Origin: Octopus sinensis
Lineage: Eukaryota
Length of the DNA: 64,000 nucleotides
Assembly: GCF_006345805.1 (NCBI RefSeq)
Contig: NC_043002.1
Location: forward strand, 55,986,001 to 56,050,000
Direction of reading: 5' to 3'
The number at the start of each line of letters is the position of its first letter. The first letter of the stretch is position 1. The position numbers were made by a program, and so were the translations under genes. The notes below the pieces were generated by a model. That model ran no database searches and had not been told where the DNA came from. It worked only from the letters and a program-made list of their open reading frames with translations. Shown piece by piece: positions 25,161 through 38,176 of this stretch.

Positions 25161-28100
25161 AAATATCTAAGGATTTATAAAATTGACACCAAGTAAAGCA
25201 TGCTTATGTTTAACGTACCTATAACCTCCTCGGCTTATTTTCCTGATTTCCTCAAACTGTAACATTAAAGATGTCAGAAGAATAGCTGAACCTTCTGACC
25301 CAGCCGTTCTACTCCATCATCATTATAATCATTCGATATTTGTCTTCCATGTTGGCATGGGTTAGACAGTTTGACAGGGGCTGGCAAGCTATTGAGCTGC
25401 ACCAGGTTCTGTAGTCTGATTTGGCATGGTTTCTACAGCTGGATGCCCTTCCTAACACCAACTGCTTTACAGAGAGTACTGGTTGCCTTTTAGCATCTAC
25501 ATTCCTGACTGGCACCCATGCCAGTGGCACGTAAAAAAATTCCATTCGAGCATGATCAATGCCAATGCTGCCTGACTGGCCCCCATACCAGTGGCATGTA
25601 AAAGCACCCACTACATTCTTGAAGTGGTTGGTGTTAGGAAGGGCATCCAGCCGAAAAAACTTTCAAGATGAGATTGGAGCCTGGTACAGCCTCCTGGCTT
25701 GCCAGTCCTCAGTCAAACCGTTCAACCCATGCCAGCATGGAGAGTAGACATTAAACGAAGACAATGATGATTCCATAAGTGACCAGTAACTAACCAACCC
25801 AGGATCTTCACACTGAGATATTTTATGACAGATTTCAGGCACAAAAATACAATACAGCATTTCTAGTTAAAATATAAAGCTATTGGTACAGCATTAACTT
25901 TGTGATGGAGCTTGACAGAAAAGAAGATGCGATAATTTGCTAAGTAATAATAGAGCCCAGATGTGAATGGAAGTAATTGTTTGAGATATATAGGGACAGG
26001 CATGGCTGTGTGGTAAGAAGTTTGCTTCCCAATCACATGGTTCTGGGTTCAACCACACAGCATGGCACCTTGGGCAAGTGTTTTCTACTATAGCTTCAGG
26101 CCATCCAAAGCCTTGTGAGTAGGTCTGGCACACAGACACTGAAAGAAGCTCATTGTATATACATACATCTCTCTCTCTCGTTTTCTTTTCTCCCATCATC
26201 ACTTGACAATCAGTGTTGCTGTAACTTAGCGGTTCGGTCAAAAAGGAGACCAACTTAATGAGTGTTAGACTTTAAAAAAAAGTACTGAGGTTGATTTGAC
26301 TAAAAACAAAAACAAAACTTCTTCAAGGCATTGCCCCAGCATGGCCACAGTCTACTTACTGAAACAAATAAAGGATAAATGATATTGATGCTTTATAAAT
26401 GGGAAAGACAGGGTTTAGTACTCTCACAATTTACCATTTGGTTTTGCTTTAAGCACCAAAGGAAATGGTCAGTAAAGCTAATCCAAGAGATGATGTCTAA
26501 AATCTGACGAAATGATTTTGCTTTTTTTTAGGGCAGACATTTTGAAGGTGGGAAATTTCATGGAGGGTTTATTTCTTTTTCTCCTTTTTGTCTAAGGGAG
26601 GGAGTTTATTAAAGAGTCATACTGTACATGGAGGATATTACAATACATTCATGGATAAAGCAACCATGGGAGAACAGAATTGTGACAATGGTGTTGTTGT
26701 TGTTGTTGCTGGTGGTGGTGGTGGTGGTGATGACGGTGGTGGTGGTGGTGGTGACGGTGAAGGTGGTGGTCAGGTTGGAGGTGGTGGTGTTGGTATAGTA
26801 AGCAGGAGGGTTGGAATGGGTGTTGAAGCACTGACAGTAAAAGCAAGGGTTAATGGCGATGTTGTAGTGAAATGGATTGATGGGGGTGCTAGAATTAGCA
26901 GCAGCAGCAACAGCAGCAACAAGCAGATGATGCCAGCTGTGATCAGCCAATCTTGGTTACATATGAAATATCTGTTGGGTGATATGTAATATGAACATAA
27001 AGGCAGAGCTGAAACATCACCATTTGCTGGTAATTGCAGACAAATATACAAACCATGATCCTCACATCATCATCATCATTAGCAGCATAAATAACTCTAC
27101 ATACTGTTCAATACGAGTAACAAAAGATGCCGTGATTAGGCATGCAAAGAGTGAATTCCTGGTTGTCTCACTGCCCGTGGTTGTAGTTGATATTGTTAAT
27201 ACATAAAAAGCAGCAGTGCTGGTGCCATGTAAAAAGTATCCACTACACTCTGTAAAGTGGTTGGCATTAGGAATGGCATCCAGCTGTAGAGACCCTGCTA
27301 AAACAGACAATGGAACCTGGTGCAGCTCCTGACCTTGCCAGTTCCTGTCAAATCACTCAAACCATGCCAGCATGGAAAACAAACATTAAATAGCGATGAT
27401 TACAAAGACACCATAGAATGGTATCATTCAATGAAGAACCAAGAAGTTATCTAATTTCCATCCTTTGCAAATGGCTGGTTTATGAGCAATGCAAAAGGAG
27501 CAAGCATGGTTCCTCTTCTTCAACTCCATCAGCGAAGTTTATTACCTTCAAAAGTTTAGTTTATTATTTTCAAGGAGTGGCCACCTGCAAGGTGAACCCA
27601 AGGGATTTATATTTCCCATATTATCACAATTCTTGATCTTGTGTTAATGCAATAGATTCTTCGACCAGCAATTCTCTCTCAGAAGGTCCAGGCAACCAAA
27701 AATCAGCCAAGCATATCCATCTGATAACAACCTCAACCCTGAACTGATCAAGACAGCCTCTTAAATTTTTAGGAGATTTATAGGGATACAGATCCCTAAA
27801 GTCACATACCAGCATCAATGGTAAAGTAACTGTTACCAATATTATTCACTCTTCAAGATCTGAAACAGAACCAGGTGCTTTTTTTGTCTAGCCATCAGAC
27901 ACAGTCACAGTGTCTATTCATTAACAAGCTGGCAGAATCGTTAGCATGCCAGGCAAAATGCTTCACTGTATTTTGTCTGTCCTTATGTTATGAGCTCACA
28001 TTCAGCTGAGGCTGACTTTGCCTTTCATACTTTTGGGGTCAATAAAGTAAGTACCAATTGCGTATTGGGGAGGTCAATGTAATTGACTTACCCCTCCCCA

Positions 28101-28717
28101 AAAATTGTTGGCTTTGTGCCAGAATTTGAAACCATTATTATTAATGGCAGAATCGTTAGCATACCAGACAAAATGCAGAGCGGCATTTCATTCATCTTTA
28201 CATTCTGAGTTCAAATTCCAACAAGGTCAACTTTGCCTTTCATTCTTTCCAGGTCAATAAAATAAATACCAGTTGCATACTGGAGCCAATGCAATCAACT
28301 TAACCCTTTCCCTGAAATTGCTGGCCTTGTGTCAATGCTTGAAACCAATAACTGAAGTCCTTCAATCCTGTGATTAACTTTGGGGAAAATCCCTGATCCA
28401 GCGTGAGGAGTTAAGCTGATAATTCCTGTAACTGGTAAAGCCCTAATTATTGTACTGAATTATTGAATTAGCTTGCTTTGTTAGTAAAGCATTAATTATT
28501 TGATAGAAAAAAGAAATAAGTGAAATAGAACTTTGAAAAGCATAGATCAATTCCGACATCAGAATAGAAAGTTTTAGCAGAAATTAATCATAAATATGAA
28601 AAATATTCATATTTTTTATATTTCATTACATAAATATTTATAATAAATAGCTATGAATTTTTACATTTTATTACAGGTTTATTAATACAAACAGGAAAAT
28701 AACTCAAAACATGAATC

Positions 28718-28748
<31 letters not shown>

Positions 28749-29025
28749 CAGCAGAAGTTACAAAATGACTCAAGGGCCGAGAGTTTTGTGCACAAAACTC
28801 GATACTGGAGTCATTTTCTAACTTTTACTGATTAAAAAAAATAATTTAAAAAAACATTTTTTAATTATATAAATATTTACATTATTCATATAAATTTGAA
28901 AGTATTTAACAGAGATTAGCATAGATCTGAAAATGCATATAAAACAAAACAAAAAAACTATTGTTGCTTGTTATGAGGGAGTAGTAGTAGCAGGAGAAGT
29001 GCATCTGAAGGAGAAGCCAACTTAC

Positions 29026-29112
29026 CTGGAATAAGCGCGAATCAGATACATAAAAAATGCTTTTCCTTCTTTTAGGTACATGCAGTTGTGTATTACAACT
29101 ATAAATATTCAT
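29026..29112 (-). CDS. Candidate alternative exon in the 21.9-kb intron: MNIYSCNTQLHVPKRRKSIFYVSDSRLFQ
   Basis: Acceptor gttttatctacag, consensus donor CAG|gtaagt, 87 nt, phase 0-0, open, starts with ATG. Confidence 0.6.
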
Positions 29113-29486
29113 CTGTAGATAAAACATTAGGGCAGTTTATAATTCAGTACCTTTTTTTATTTTTTTTTATACAGTTATGACAACTGTTACGACATAGCAA
29201 GTGTTAGTGAGTTGTTAGTTTAATATAAAAATCCAAGCATGAAATGGCTTTGCTTTTTATATTTGTATCTCACAGCATTTCTATGTTTAGACCTCTTCAT
29301 GTAAAAAAATTCTATAAATAGTTGTGCCCCAGCATGGATACAGTCCAATGACTGAAACTAGTAAATAGTAATATATGTATCTAGCTTTGCCCTTTGTCCC
29401 TTCAGGGTCAATAAAATACAACTCAAATAACAAAGTAGGTGTAATCAACTAAGACCTTTACCTCAAAATTCTGGCCTTGTGCCGAA

Positions 29487-29521
<35 letters not shown>

Positions 29522-30159
29522 TACTACTACTATCACTAGTAATGGTTAGAGTGAATGACCCTGCTCCAAGTATGCACCTGTAGACTGGAGAGCAGGAGTA
29601 AGGGCACATATCTTGGTTGGTCAGGATAATGCTGGATCTGTGTGGTTCCTTGATTGGCCCTAGTTGGAGTTTCTTTTGCATCAGGAGGACTGCATCAATC
29701 AAGTTATCACACACTTTGTATACTTTAATCACATTTCAATGTCTTTTTCTATTTATTTCTCCTCATCCTTTATGCAAATCCCCACAGAAATTGTCTGCCA
29801 GTCTTTGTGATGTTCCCTTCATTTATTTATGTCCCAGTGGTAAAAAGCACCCACTACACTCACGGAGTGGTTGGCGTTAGGAAGGGCATCCAGCTGTAGA
29901 AACATTGCCAGATAAGACTGGAGCCTGGTGCAGCTTTCTGGCTTCCCAGATCCCCAGTCGAACCATCCAACCCATGCTAGCATGGAGAACGGACGTTAAA
30001 CGATGATGATGATGATGATGATTATTATTATTATTATTATTACTATTATCATTACTACTGAGTACCAATCAAGTACTGGGAACGGTATAATTGATTAGTC
30101 CTGTCTTCACCCTGAAATTCCTGGCTTTGTGCCAAAATTTGAAAATTATCATCATCATG

Positions 30160-30845
30160 GCAGTAAGCTGGCACAATCTTTACTGTGCTGGACAAAATAC
30201 TTAGCATTTTCCCTTTTGGTTTTAGGTTTTGTGTTCAAATGTCACCAGGGTCAACTTTGCCTTTCATCCTTTCAGAGGTCGATAGATTAAGTACCAGTGA
30301 AGCACTGGGGTCAATGTGATCGACTATCCCCCTCCCCACAAATCCCAGGCCTTGTGCCTATTGTAGAAAGGATTATTATTATTATTATTATTAAGTTGGT
30401 GAGCTGGCAGAATTGTTACACACCGGCAAAATCTTAGCAGCACTTCATCCATTTCCCCATTCTGAGTTCAAATTCTGCTGAGGCTGACTTTGCCTTTCAT
30501 CCTTTTGGGGTCAATAAAATAAGTACCAGCTGAGTGATGGGGGTTCATGTATAGACTTGCTCATGCCCTTGAAATTCTTGGTATTGTGCCAAAATTTGAA
30601 ACCATTATTACAAGTATTAAGGCAGCAAGCTGGCGGAATTGTTAGCACACCGGACAAAATGCTGCCAAGCTACCAAGCATTTTGTCCATCTTTACATTCA
30701 GAGTTCAAATACCGCCGTGGTCGACTTTACTTTTTATCCATTTGGGGGTCAATGAAATAAGTACCAGTTGAACACTGGTGTCAATAAAATTGACTAGCCC
30801 CCCTCCCCAAAATTTCAGGCCTTAAGCTTATAGAAGACAGGATTA
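30160..30845 (+). mobile_element. Head-to-tail array of three family A SINEs separated by (ATT)n
   Basis: Three successive gctggca(c/g)/gctggcg heads and central blocks at about 30160, 30395 and 30620. Confidence 0.85.
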
Positions 30846-31406
30846 TCATTATTATTAGTAGTAGTAGTAGTAGAAGTAGTAGTAATATTATATGAAATCT
30901 CACAGCTTATTTTACTGAGTATGATGGAACATGTCAGCTGTGCACAACTAGCAGACTAAGGTGACACTTGTTCACTGGTCATGCTTCAAGAAGCCTGCAG
31001 CAAAGAATTCTTGCAGTCCCAAGCAATAGTATTATTAGTATTATCATTATTATTGTTATTATTATTATTAATATTATTATCATTATTATTGTTGTTTAGT
31101 CTTCATATCATCAAAGCAAACATTCGTTTCTCTAAACAAACGTAATGGTGTCAATTTCCCTCCCCCCGCCCTCATCCCTAGGATTTTTTTTGATTTTTTT
31201 TATTTTCACTCGAATACTTCCAAATCTTCAGTTGGTTCTATGAGAGCCAACCATTATTCCGATGTAATCATTGAAACATTAACAAGTTGCACTAACAGCT
31301 GGAGAAGCATTTCCAAGAGGCAAATAACCATTGTAGACATGAATAAAAGGTCAATTATTTGCTTGACAGCCGGCATTTAATGTCAATCAATATGAAGAGA
31401 TCTCAC

Positions 31407-31679
31407 CTGATAGCTGTCTACAATCTGATGAATGTTTAATGTTCAGCCACTGTTAAAACGCTTCCCTTTCTCTATTCCACCAGACTGCGAATCAGAATAC
31501 TTATTCCAGTACTGCTGCTGGTGCTGCTGACACATCGTAAAGAGCTGCTTGGCTTTCATTACGGAATACTTGTTTGGGGCAGACATTCCCAGAACATTAA
31601 AATACTTCAACCATTTCAGCACAGCATTCTGATACCCATCAATACTGCTTTCGCCACCTCCCACCCACTTCTTTTCCTG
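31407..31679 (-). other. Candidate 273-nt exon, phase 0-0, 91 codons with a single in-frame TGA
   Basis: Tandem acceptor tctgatttag|cag, donor CAG|gtgaga; QEKKWVGGGESS...GKRFNSG*TLNIHQIVDSYQ; non-repetitive sequence that appears more GC-rich than its flanks. Confidence 0.5.
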
Positions 31680-33060
31680 CTAAATCAGAAATTCACTATG
31701 ATCTGTTAGAGTGCAAAAATGGTAAAAATCTATAGGTTACTGGACAACTGGCTGAGAGATCAGCTATTTATATACAGTGACCAGCACTGTACTGTTTCTA
31801 AGGCCAACATCATTACTCTCGGCTGGCTCAATATTGTCTTTTGTTTTAGTCACTGGACTATGGCCATGCTGGGGCACTGCTCTGAAGAACTTTAGTTGAA
31901 CAAACTAAGCCTGATATTTATTCTATTGGTCTCTTTTGCCAAACTGCTAAGCTACAGGGATGTAAACACACCAACACTAGTTGTGAGGCAGCAGTGGTAA
32001 GGGACAAACATAGACACAAAAACACACACAAACGTGTGTGTGCATGCATGCATGCATGCACACGCATATATATATATATAATGGGCTTCTTTCAGTTTCC
32101 CACTACCAAATCCACTCACAAGGCTTTGGTCAGTCTAAGGCTATTTTAGAAGACACTTGCCCAAGGTGCTATGCAGTGGGACTGAACCCAGAACCATGAG
32201 GCTGGGAAGCAAACTTCTTACCACACAGCCACGCATGTACCTATAGCTACTAAAAATAGGCACCATGAGGTGGTAACAACCATAAGCAAAAGAATAAGAG
32301 TAAAATTAACAAATTTGTTACAGATTTGCCATGTTTTAATTTCATACAGAAACAAAAAACATCTGAAATAGTTTTAATTTTATTTAGAAGTTGTATTTCC
32401 CCACAGCATAATAAATTGGAAACTAGAAATGAGCTTCAGCCAGTATGGAAGTCTATAAATGACCATGCTTTTAGAAATAAAACATTACTCTGCTTGCAAC
32501 AGAGGGCGTGTGGAGAAGTTTATCATATTCTCCCAGCCCCATCCCATTACAGAAATTTAATTAAATAATTTGTTTTCGTATTCAGTTTCCAAGATTCTTG
32601 GCATGAAGTCCTGTATTGAAACATATTTTATTCTATCTTGGGAGGGTCATTGTGCCAACACACACATTGGTTCTATTTCACTTCTTTGTTACTTATTTGT
32701 CACTTAACATCTAACCCAATTAACTAATTATTTGATTACTCATTCAGTTCAGCTAAAAATCAGTCAGGTTTTCCAAAGTCCTTTCGACTCATTTCCAAAC
32801 CACATCAATGCTGTATCTATTCAGTACATGGATGGTATATTTTGTGTTCATTTCTGATACAATAATGGCTTCAGACAAAGCATCAATGCAAGGGATCCTG
32901 TTTACAATGACTTCTTTACAATAGAAATAAAGATCTTTAGTAATGGAGAAGCTACTAGTAATTAATAAGATTCAGGTGTAATTAATGGCACATCGTTTAG
33001 CAATCCAAGACATAGGAAAGATAATTTCAAACTTCCTTGGAAGCAGTTTTAAATAAATGA

Positions 33061-33270
33061 ACCCTTTAGCATTCAAATTACTGTGTTAAATGTAAAGCAT
33101 ATATACATATTGTTTTGAATTAATCAAGCATTATTTTGTAGCAAAGAGATTTCAATGATGTGATTATTTATTTTAGAATGACATTGTAGGACAGGTGTGA
33201 GAGGTTGGATCTGGCTTGTTTGAAAATAAAACTGGTAGAACATTTGGGCCAAATATGGCTGTGAAACATC
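33061..33270. mobile_element. Second TTAA-type MITE family; other copies at about 16090-16315 and 52780-52955
   Basis: Shared gacattgtagg..gtgtgagagg..ggatctggc..aaaac block and accctttagc / agggttaa ends. Confidence 0.7.
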
Positions 33271-34964
33271 AAACAACACAGTATCTAGATAAAGGGTCAG
33301 AGAAGCTTCTTACACCACATTTTTTAATGTTTTTTGACCCCTTGAATAGCCACATAGCCCCTATTCCCAGGGGGTCAATACTGATTACTTGCTCACATCT
33401 GATATCTGATATCTAAAGAGATGATGTTTCATACAAAATCCTTTTTTTTTTTTTTTTGGTTAGTTGCAATATTGATGGTCCTTTTTTTTCAGCAAGAAGA
33501 ATCAATGTGATGACAGAAGAACCTGGGGCAAAATCCTGTTAATATATATATACAATAATGAGGATAAAGCTATTGATTGATTGAAGATGATGATAATGGT
33601 GGTGGTGGTGGTGGTGGTGGTATCAAACCATGTATATCATAGATTGAAAGAAGAAAAAAAATGCAAAAGAAACAAACAATATTAAAAAAGAACTGTACTA
33701 ATATTAATATTATTCAACACAGTGCAAGCATGGCTTGTGTGGTTAAGAGGCTTGCTTCCCAACCTCATGGTTCTGGGTTCAGTCCCACTGCGTGGCACCT
33801 TGGGCAAGTGTCTTCAACTATAGCTTTGGGCTAACCAAAGCCTTATGAGTGGATTTGGTAAACGGAAACTGAAAAAAGCCCATTGTAGTGTGCGTGTATG
33901 TATGTGTATGTGAGTGTGCAAATGCATGTGTGTGTGAGTGTGTGAATGCATGTGTGTATGTAAGTATGTATGTCCTTATCTCTACATCACAAGAGGGTTG
34001 TAAATAAACATCACCACCACATTGGCGATGTTATTCATTTCCAGTGTTCTGTGAAAAATGCCCAGCCATGGCAAAATCGTTCCTTGTTTGGAAGCAGGTG
34101 AATGTTGGTGAGAGGGAGGGTATTTCTACCTGTAGAAAATTTGTCTCAACAAATTCTATCTGACCCACAAAAGTAGAAATAAAAACAATGATGATGACAA
34201 TGATGACATGTCTGTATAATTTTGATAAAATATAGAAAAATAATAATGATTGCTCTTCTCAGATAGAATATTAGGAGAGATGAGAGAAGTTATGGTACTG
34301 AAAGTTCTTTTAAGAAAACTGAAATGAAATGAAATTGTTCCAATCAGGCACCAAAAACTGATTGGCAATGTTTGTTGAGAAATAAACCCTGTGCTGTGCT
34401 GCAAGTTGCAGAAAAGGAAAATTTAGAAAAATGACCAAAAATAAAAATAATGAAAGGCAATAAATTTATTGTTTGCCATCTATAGAATGTAAGAAACTAA
34501 ATCAGCATTAAGCAAATGTTACCAAAGTGGTAACATACTGAAGAATGGAGAAATGTATTGTCAAAAGTGTGAAGTCTTAAATGTGAAACCAAATGTTTAT
34601 GAGATAATCCAGGACAAACTGCAAGAAAGAAATAGGTTTGGTTTGGTTTGGTTGCTGATGTAATGAGTTAACTGAACCATCCAAGAAAGTGAAGAAATAT
34701 CTTGAGGTACTTAAAGCCCACCCAGCTACAATTTCAGGTTTCAAGTTTATTATACCAACATCACATCAGAATAGTTATCATCTCATGAAAGATTATTAAA
34801 AAAAAAAAATGAAAAAAAAATCATTGGTAGGGTGCTGTAGAAAAATAAAGATTCCATTTTTAATTTCAATCGAGGTGTCATGTTGTAAACAAATTGCAAA
34901 ATATAAATTCATAAAGATTAAATAAAATTTGAACTGAAAACAAACCATATATCATTATCTAGTC

Positions 34965-35243
34965 CTGTGGTACTCAACCATTTTTTTTTACTTACGGACC
35001 CTTTTTGATTCCTTATTTACTCAGATGGAACCCCACTCCCATCCCAAAGCCACTGGATGTTTAAAAAAGAATCTATTATACATTTATAATTAAATATTAA
35101 AAGGAATTTTATATAAAATTGCTAAAATTAAGTAGAAGTAAAACCAATTTATTGCTCGTAAATTTTAACAGCAAAATCTTACCTAGCCAGCCCTGTCCCT
35201 GCCCCACCCCAAGGTCCATGAGGAACCTGGTTGAGAGCCACTG
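34965..35243. mobile_element. Older hAT-type MITE
   Basis: TIRs ctgtggtactcaac / gttgagagccactg; TSD degenerate (atctagtc / atttagat). Confidence 0.6.
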
Positions 35244-35890
35244 ATTTAGATGAAGTAATACATTTAACCCCAATACAATATTATCATTGCTTCACTGTTA
35301 TGAATCTGTTAAGATGGAAATTAAATGCCAGCAGCCATCACAGGAATTGAACTTAAAATCCAGCAAATCCAACTGAAACACCTTCGCTGTAATTCGAGCC
35401 AGTATCTGAAGTTTAGGGCAAACCAAAACAAGTTGGACAGGAAATGTTTATGATATCAACCATGGCATGGCACATCCAGTTCCTATTGTCCCCTCAACAT
35501 GCTGTATTCGATAGCATAAAAGATGCACCACAATTCCAGCACCGCATATTCAATAAAAAATTTTTAGTGCTCAGGAGCATCTAATATAGACCCAAATTCT
35601 ACATTTTTTTTGGCAAACAAGTGCAATATATATACATAAAATATGATACACTCACTCATTCTAACCATAAACTTAACTGAGATGAATAAAATGATAGAAT
35701 GTAGAACATTACAATAACAGAAATAATATATTTCTAAATCTCTCAGAGAGATTTATGCAGTAGCAGCATGATAAAGTGATAGTATGTTGTCAACTTAATG
35801 TGACAGTCCCATAACAGGGAAGAATGCTACTGTTATTTAGCCCTAGGAAGCACCGTTTCCAGTTGGATTTAGCATATTTCCTGTGCTACT

Positions 35891-35931
35891 CCAGACTGAT
35901 GATGAGCAATGGCTCTGAAACTAGTCCCTGG
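35891..35931 (+). ncRNA. Minimal type I hammerhead motif, degenerate
   Basis: CCAGA-CTGATGA-T-GAGC-aatg-GCTC-T-GAAA-CTAG-TC-CCTGG: palindromic ACTAGT helix III, GUC triplet; mismatches at the bases of helices I and II. Confidence 0.55.
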
Positions 35932-36168
35932 TTACTGGCTTTGCTGGGTGGAGGTGCTTGTGTCCACTTTGTGACAAGTGTTTAGCTAGGTCATATGGAT
36001 CATATGAGAAGTATGACAACATCAATCACCTATCAGTTCAATCACCATCACTCCAATACCATGAAGACTAACACACTGCAATCATCAAATATATTATTAA
36101 TATAATATGATAATAATCGAATATAGAAATCCTATTAAGACCATGTATTTATTTTGTGTTTGACTCAC

Positions 36169-36265
36169 CACAAAGGCTTCCTTCCATAATACACTCCATT
36201 CCCTGAGTACATAGGAGACCTCCAAAGCTGTCTGGTCCTCAATAGGGGTGATAGATTCATACGGA
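36169..36265 (-). CDS. DOCK3: DOCK3/4 exon: PYESITPIEDQTALEVSYVLREWSVLWKEAFV
   Basis: Acceptor cttctttcag, donor GTG|gtgagt, 97 nt, phase 2-0; visible in ORF 36097..36429. Confidence 0.95.
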
Positions 36266-37376
36266 CTGAAAGAAGAAAGAAGGCAAAGGGATGCTTCAAT
36301 AGTTTTAATCAAACCAGATCTATGATCACCATCATCAACATTTAACATCCATTTTCCATGCTGGCATGGGCTGAAGAGTTTGAAAAGAGCTGGTATGGCC
36401 AGAGGCCACACCAGGTCTATTGTCTGCATTGGTGTGGTTTCAACAGCTGGATGCCCTTCCTAACACCAATCACTTTACAGAGTGTACTGGGTGTTTTTAC
36501 ATGGAACCAACACCAGTGCTTTTTATGTGGCACCAGCATCAGTGTTTTATGTGACACCAACACCAGTGCTTTTTACGTGGCACTGGCACATTTTATATGG
36601 CACCAGCATTAGTGCTTTTTACATGGCTTGCACCAACAGATGCCACTTATAACTTGTGTCTTAACATTTTCAAATAAAGGACTGGTAAAAACCAATTCCA
36701 GTCTGATATGAATTCAAAACTATGATAAATATATTTAATTAATAATGATTTCTCTCAATAGGTCAATGCTACAAATGGGGGGGGGGCAAAGGAGAAATAA
36801 AATGAATTAAATATGACACAAGCTGTATTTGAACTCCAAACATCAAATAACAAAGGGATGGATTGAAAGTCCCAGCCTCTACCATTTCTATTATTCCACT
36901 GTCTGAAGTTTGATTAATAATAACAATTGGTGCAGGCATGGCTGTGTGGTTAAGAAGTTTGCTTCTCAATCACATGGTTTTGGGTTCAGTCTCTCCATGT
37001 GACACCTTGAGCTCAAAGGCCAACCAAAGCCTTGCCTTGTGAGTGGATTTGAAAGGAACTTTGTGTGTGTGCATGTGTGTTTCCTTGTCTTTACATCACA
37101 TGACAGCTGTAAATGAGTATCACTGTCATATAGGCAGTGTCATTCTCATCCAATATTCTGCAAAAACTTGCCTGACAATGAGGAACTATCACCTTAGTTG
37201 GAAGCCGGTGAAGGTTGGCAACAGGAAGGACATCTGGCCATAAAAAAATCTGCCTCAATAAATTCCATCCAACCCATGCAAGAGGTTAGGGTCTCTTTTG
37301 CCAAACTGCTAAATTACAGGGATGTAAACACACCAACATAGGTTGTCAAACAATGGAAGGAGACCTCACAAACATG

Positions 37377-37478
<102 letters not shown>

Positions 37479-37894
37479 CAGGCTTCTTTCACATTCCGTC
37501 TACCAAATCCACTCACAAGGCTTTGGTCAGCCTGAAGCTATAGTAGAAGACACTTGCCCAAGGTGCCACACAGTGGGACTGAACCTAAAACCATGTGGTT
37601 GGGAAGCAAGCTTCTTACCACATTGCCATGCCTGTACCTAGGTTAGGTGAGTAAGCCAACATTCCCTCTATTCCATCACAGGGTGTACCTACTTTCAGCT
37701 GAGCAGATTGGAGGGAAGTGAAATGAAGTGTTTTTGCTCAAGAATACAAGATGCAACCTGGTTCAGAAATCACACCCATGATCCTTCGATCACGAGTCCA
37801 AGACCCTAACCACTAGGCCACAAGCATTCTCAATTAATATACAATGGAAAAAATATGGTTAACAAGAAAAATAAAATGAAATCTCACTACTTAC

Positions 37895-37950
37895 CCTTCA
37901 TTATCCACTTTACATTGCTTTGTGCATATAAATGCAGCAGGGAAGATGCC
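37895..37950 (-). CDS. DOCK3: DOCK3/4 exon (SH3 end): GIFPAAFICTKQCKVDNE(G)
   Basis: Acceptor ttttatttgtag, donor AGG|gtaagt, 56 nt, phase 0-2, GIFP motif. Confidence 0.94.
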
Positions 37951-38135
37951 CTACAAATAAAAAAGATAAATATATCACCTGCAATACAGTTCTATATTTA
38001 AGAGATGAGGAATTATTTACATTATTTACATTTGACAGATATTTGTCCTCATCTTGTTTGTTGTTAATACATTTCAAACCTGGGTTCTCATTCCTAAGTT
38101 ATTTTTCAATGTTGTTGTAGCTGTTATTGTTATTA

Positions 38136-38174
<39 letters not shown>

Positions 38175-38176
<2 letters not shown>

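Noticed and set aside
26588-27051. Overlapping Gly/Thr/His/Ala-rich ORFs
   Set aside because: Trinucleotide microsatellite mosaic with no compatible splice sites or homology.
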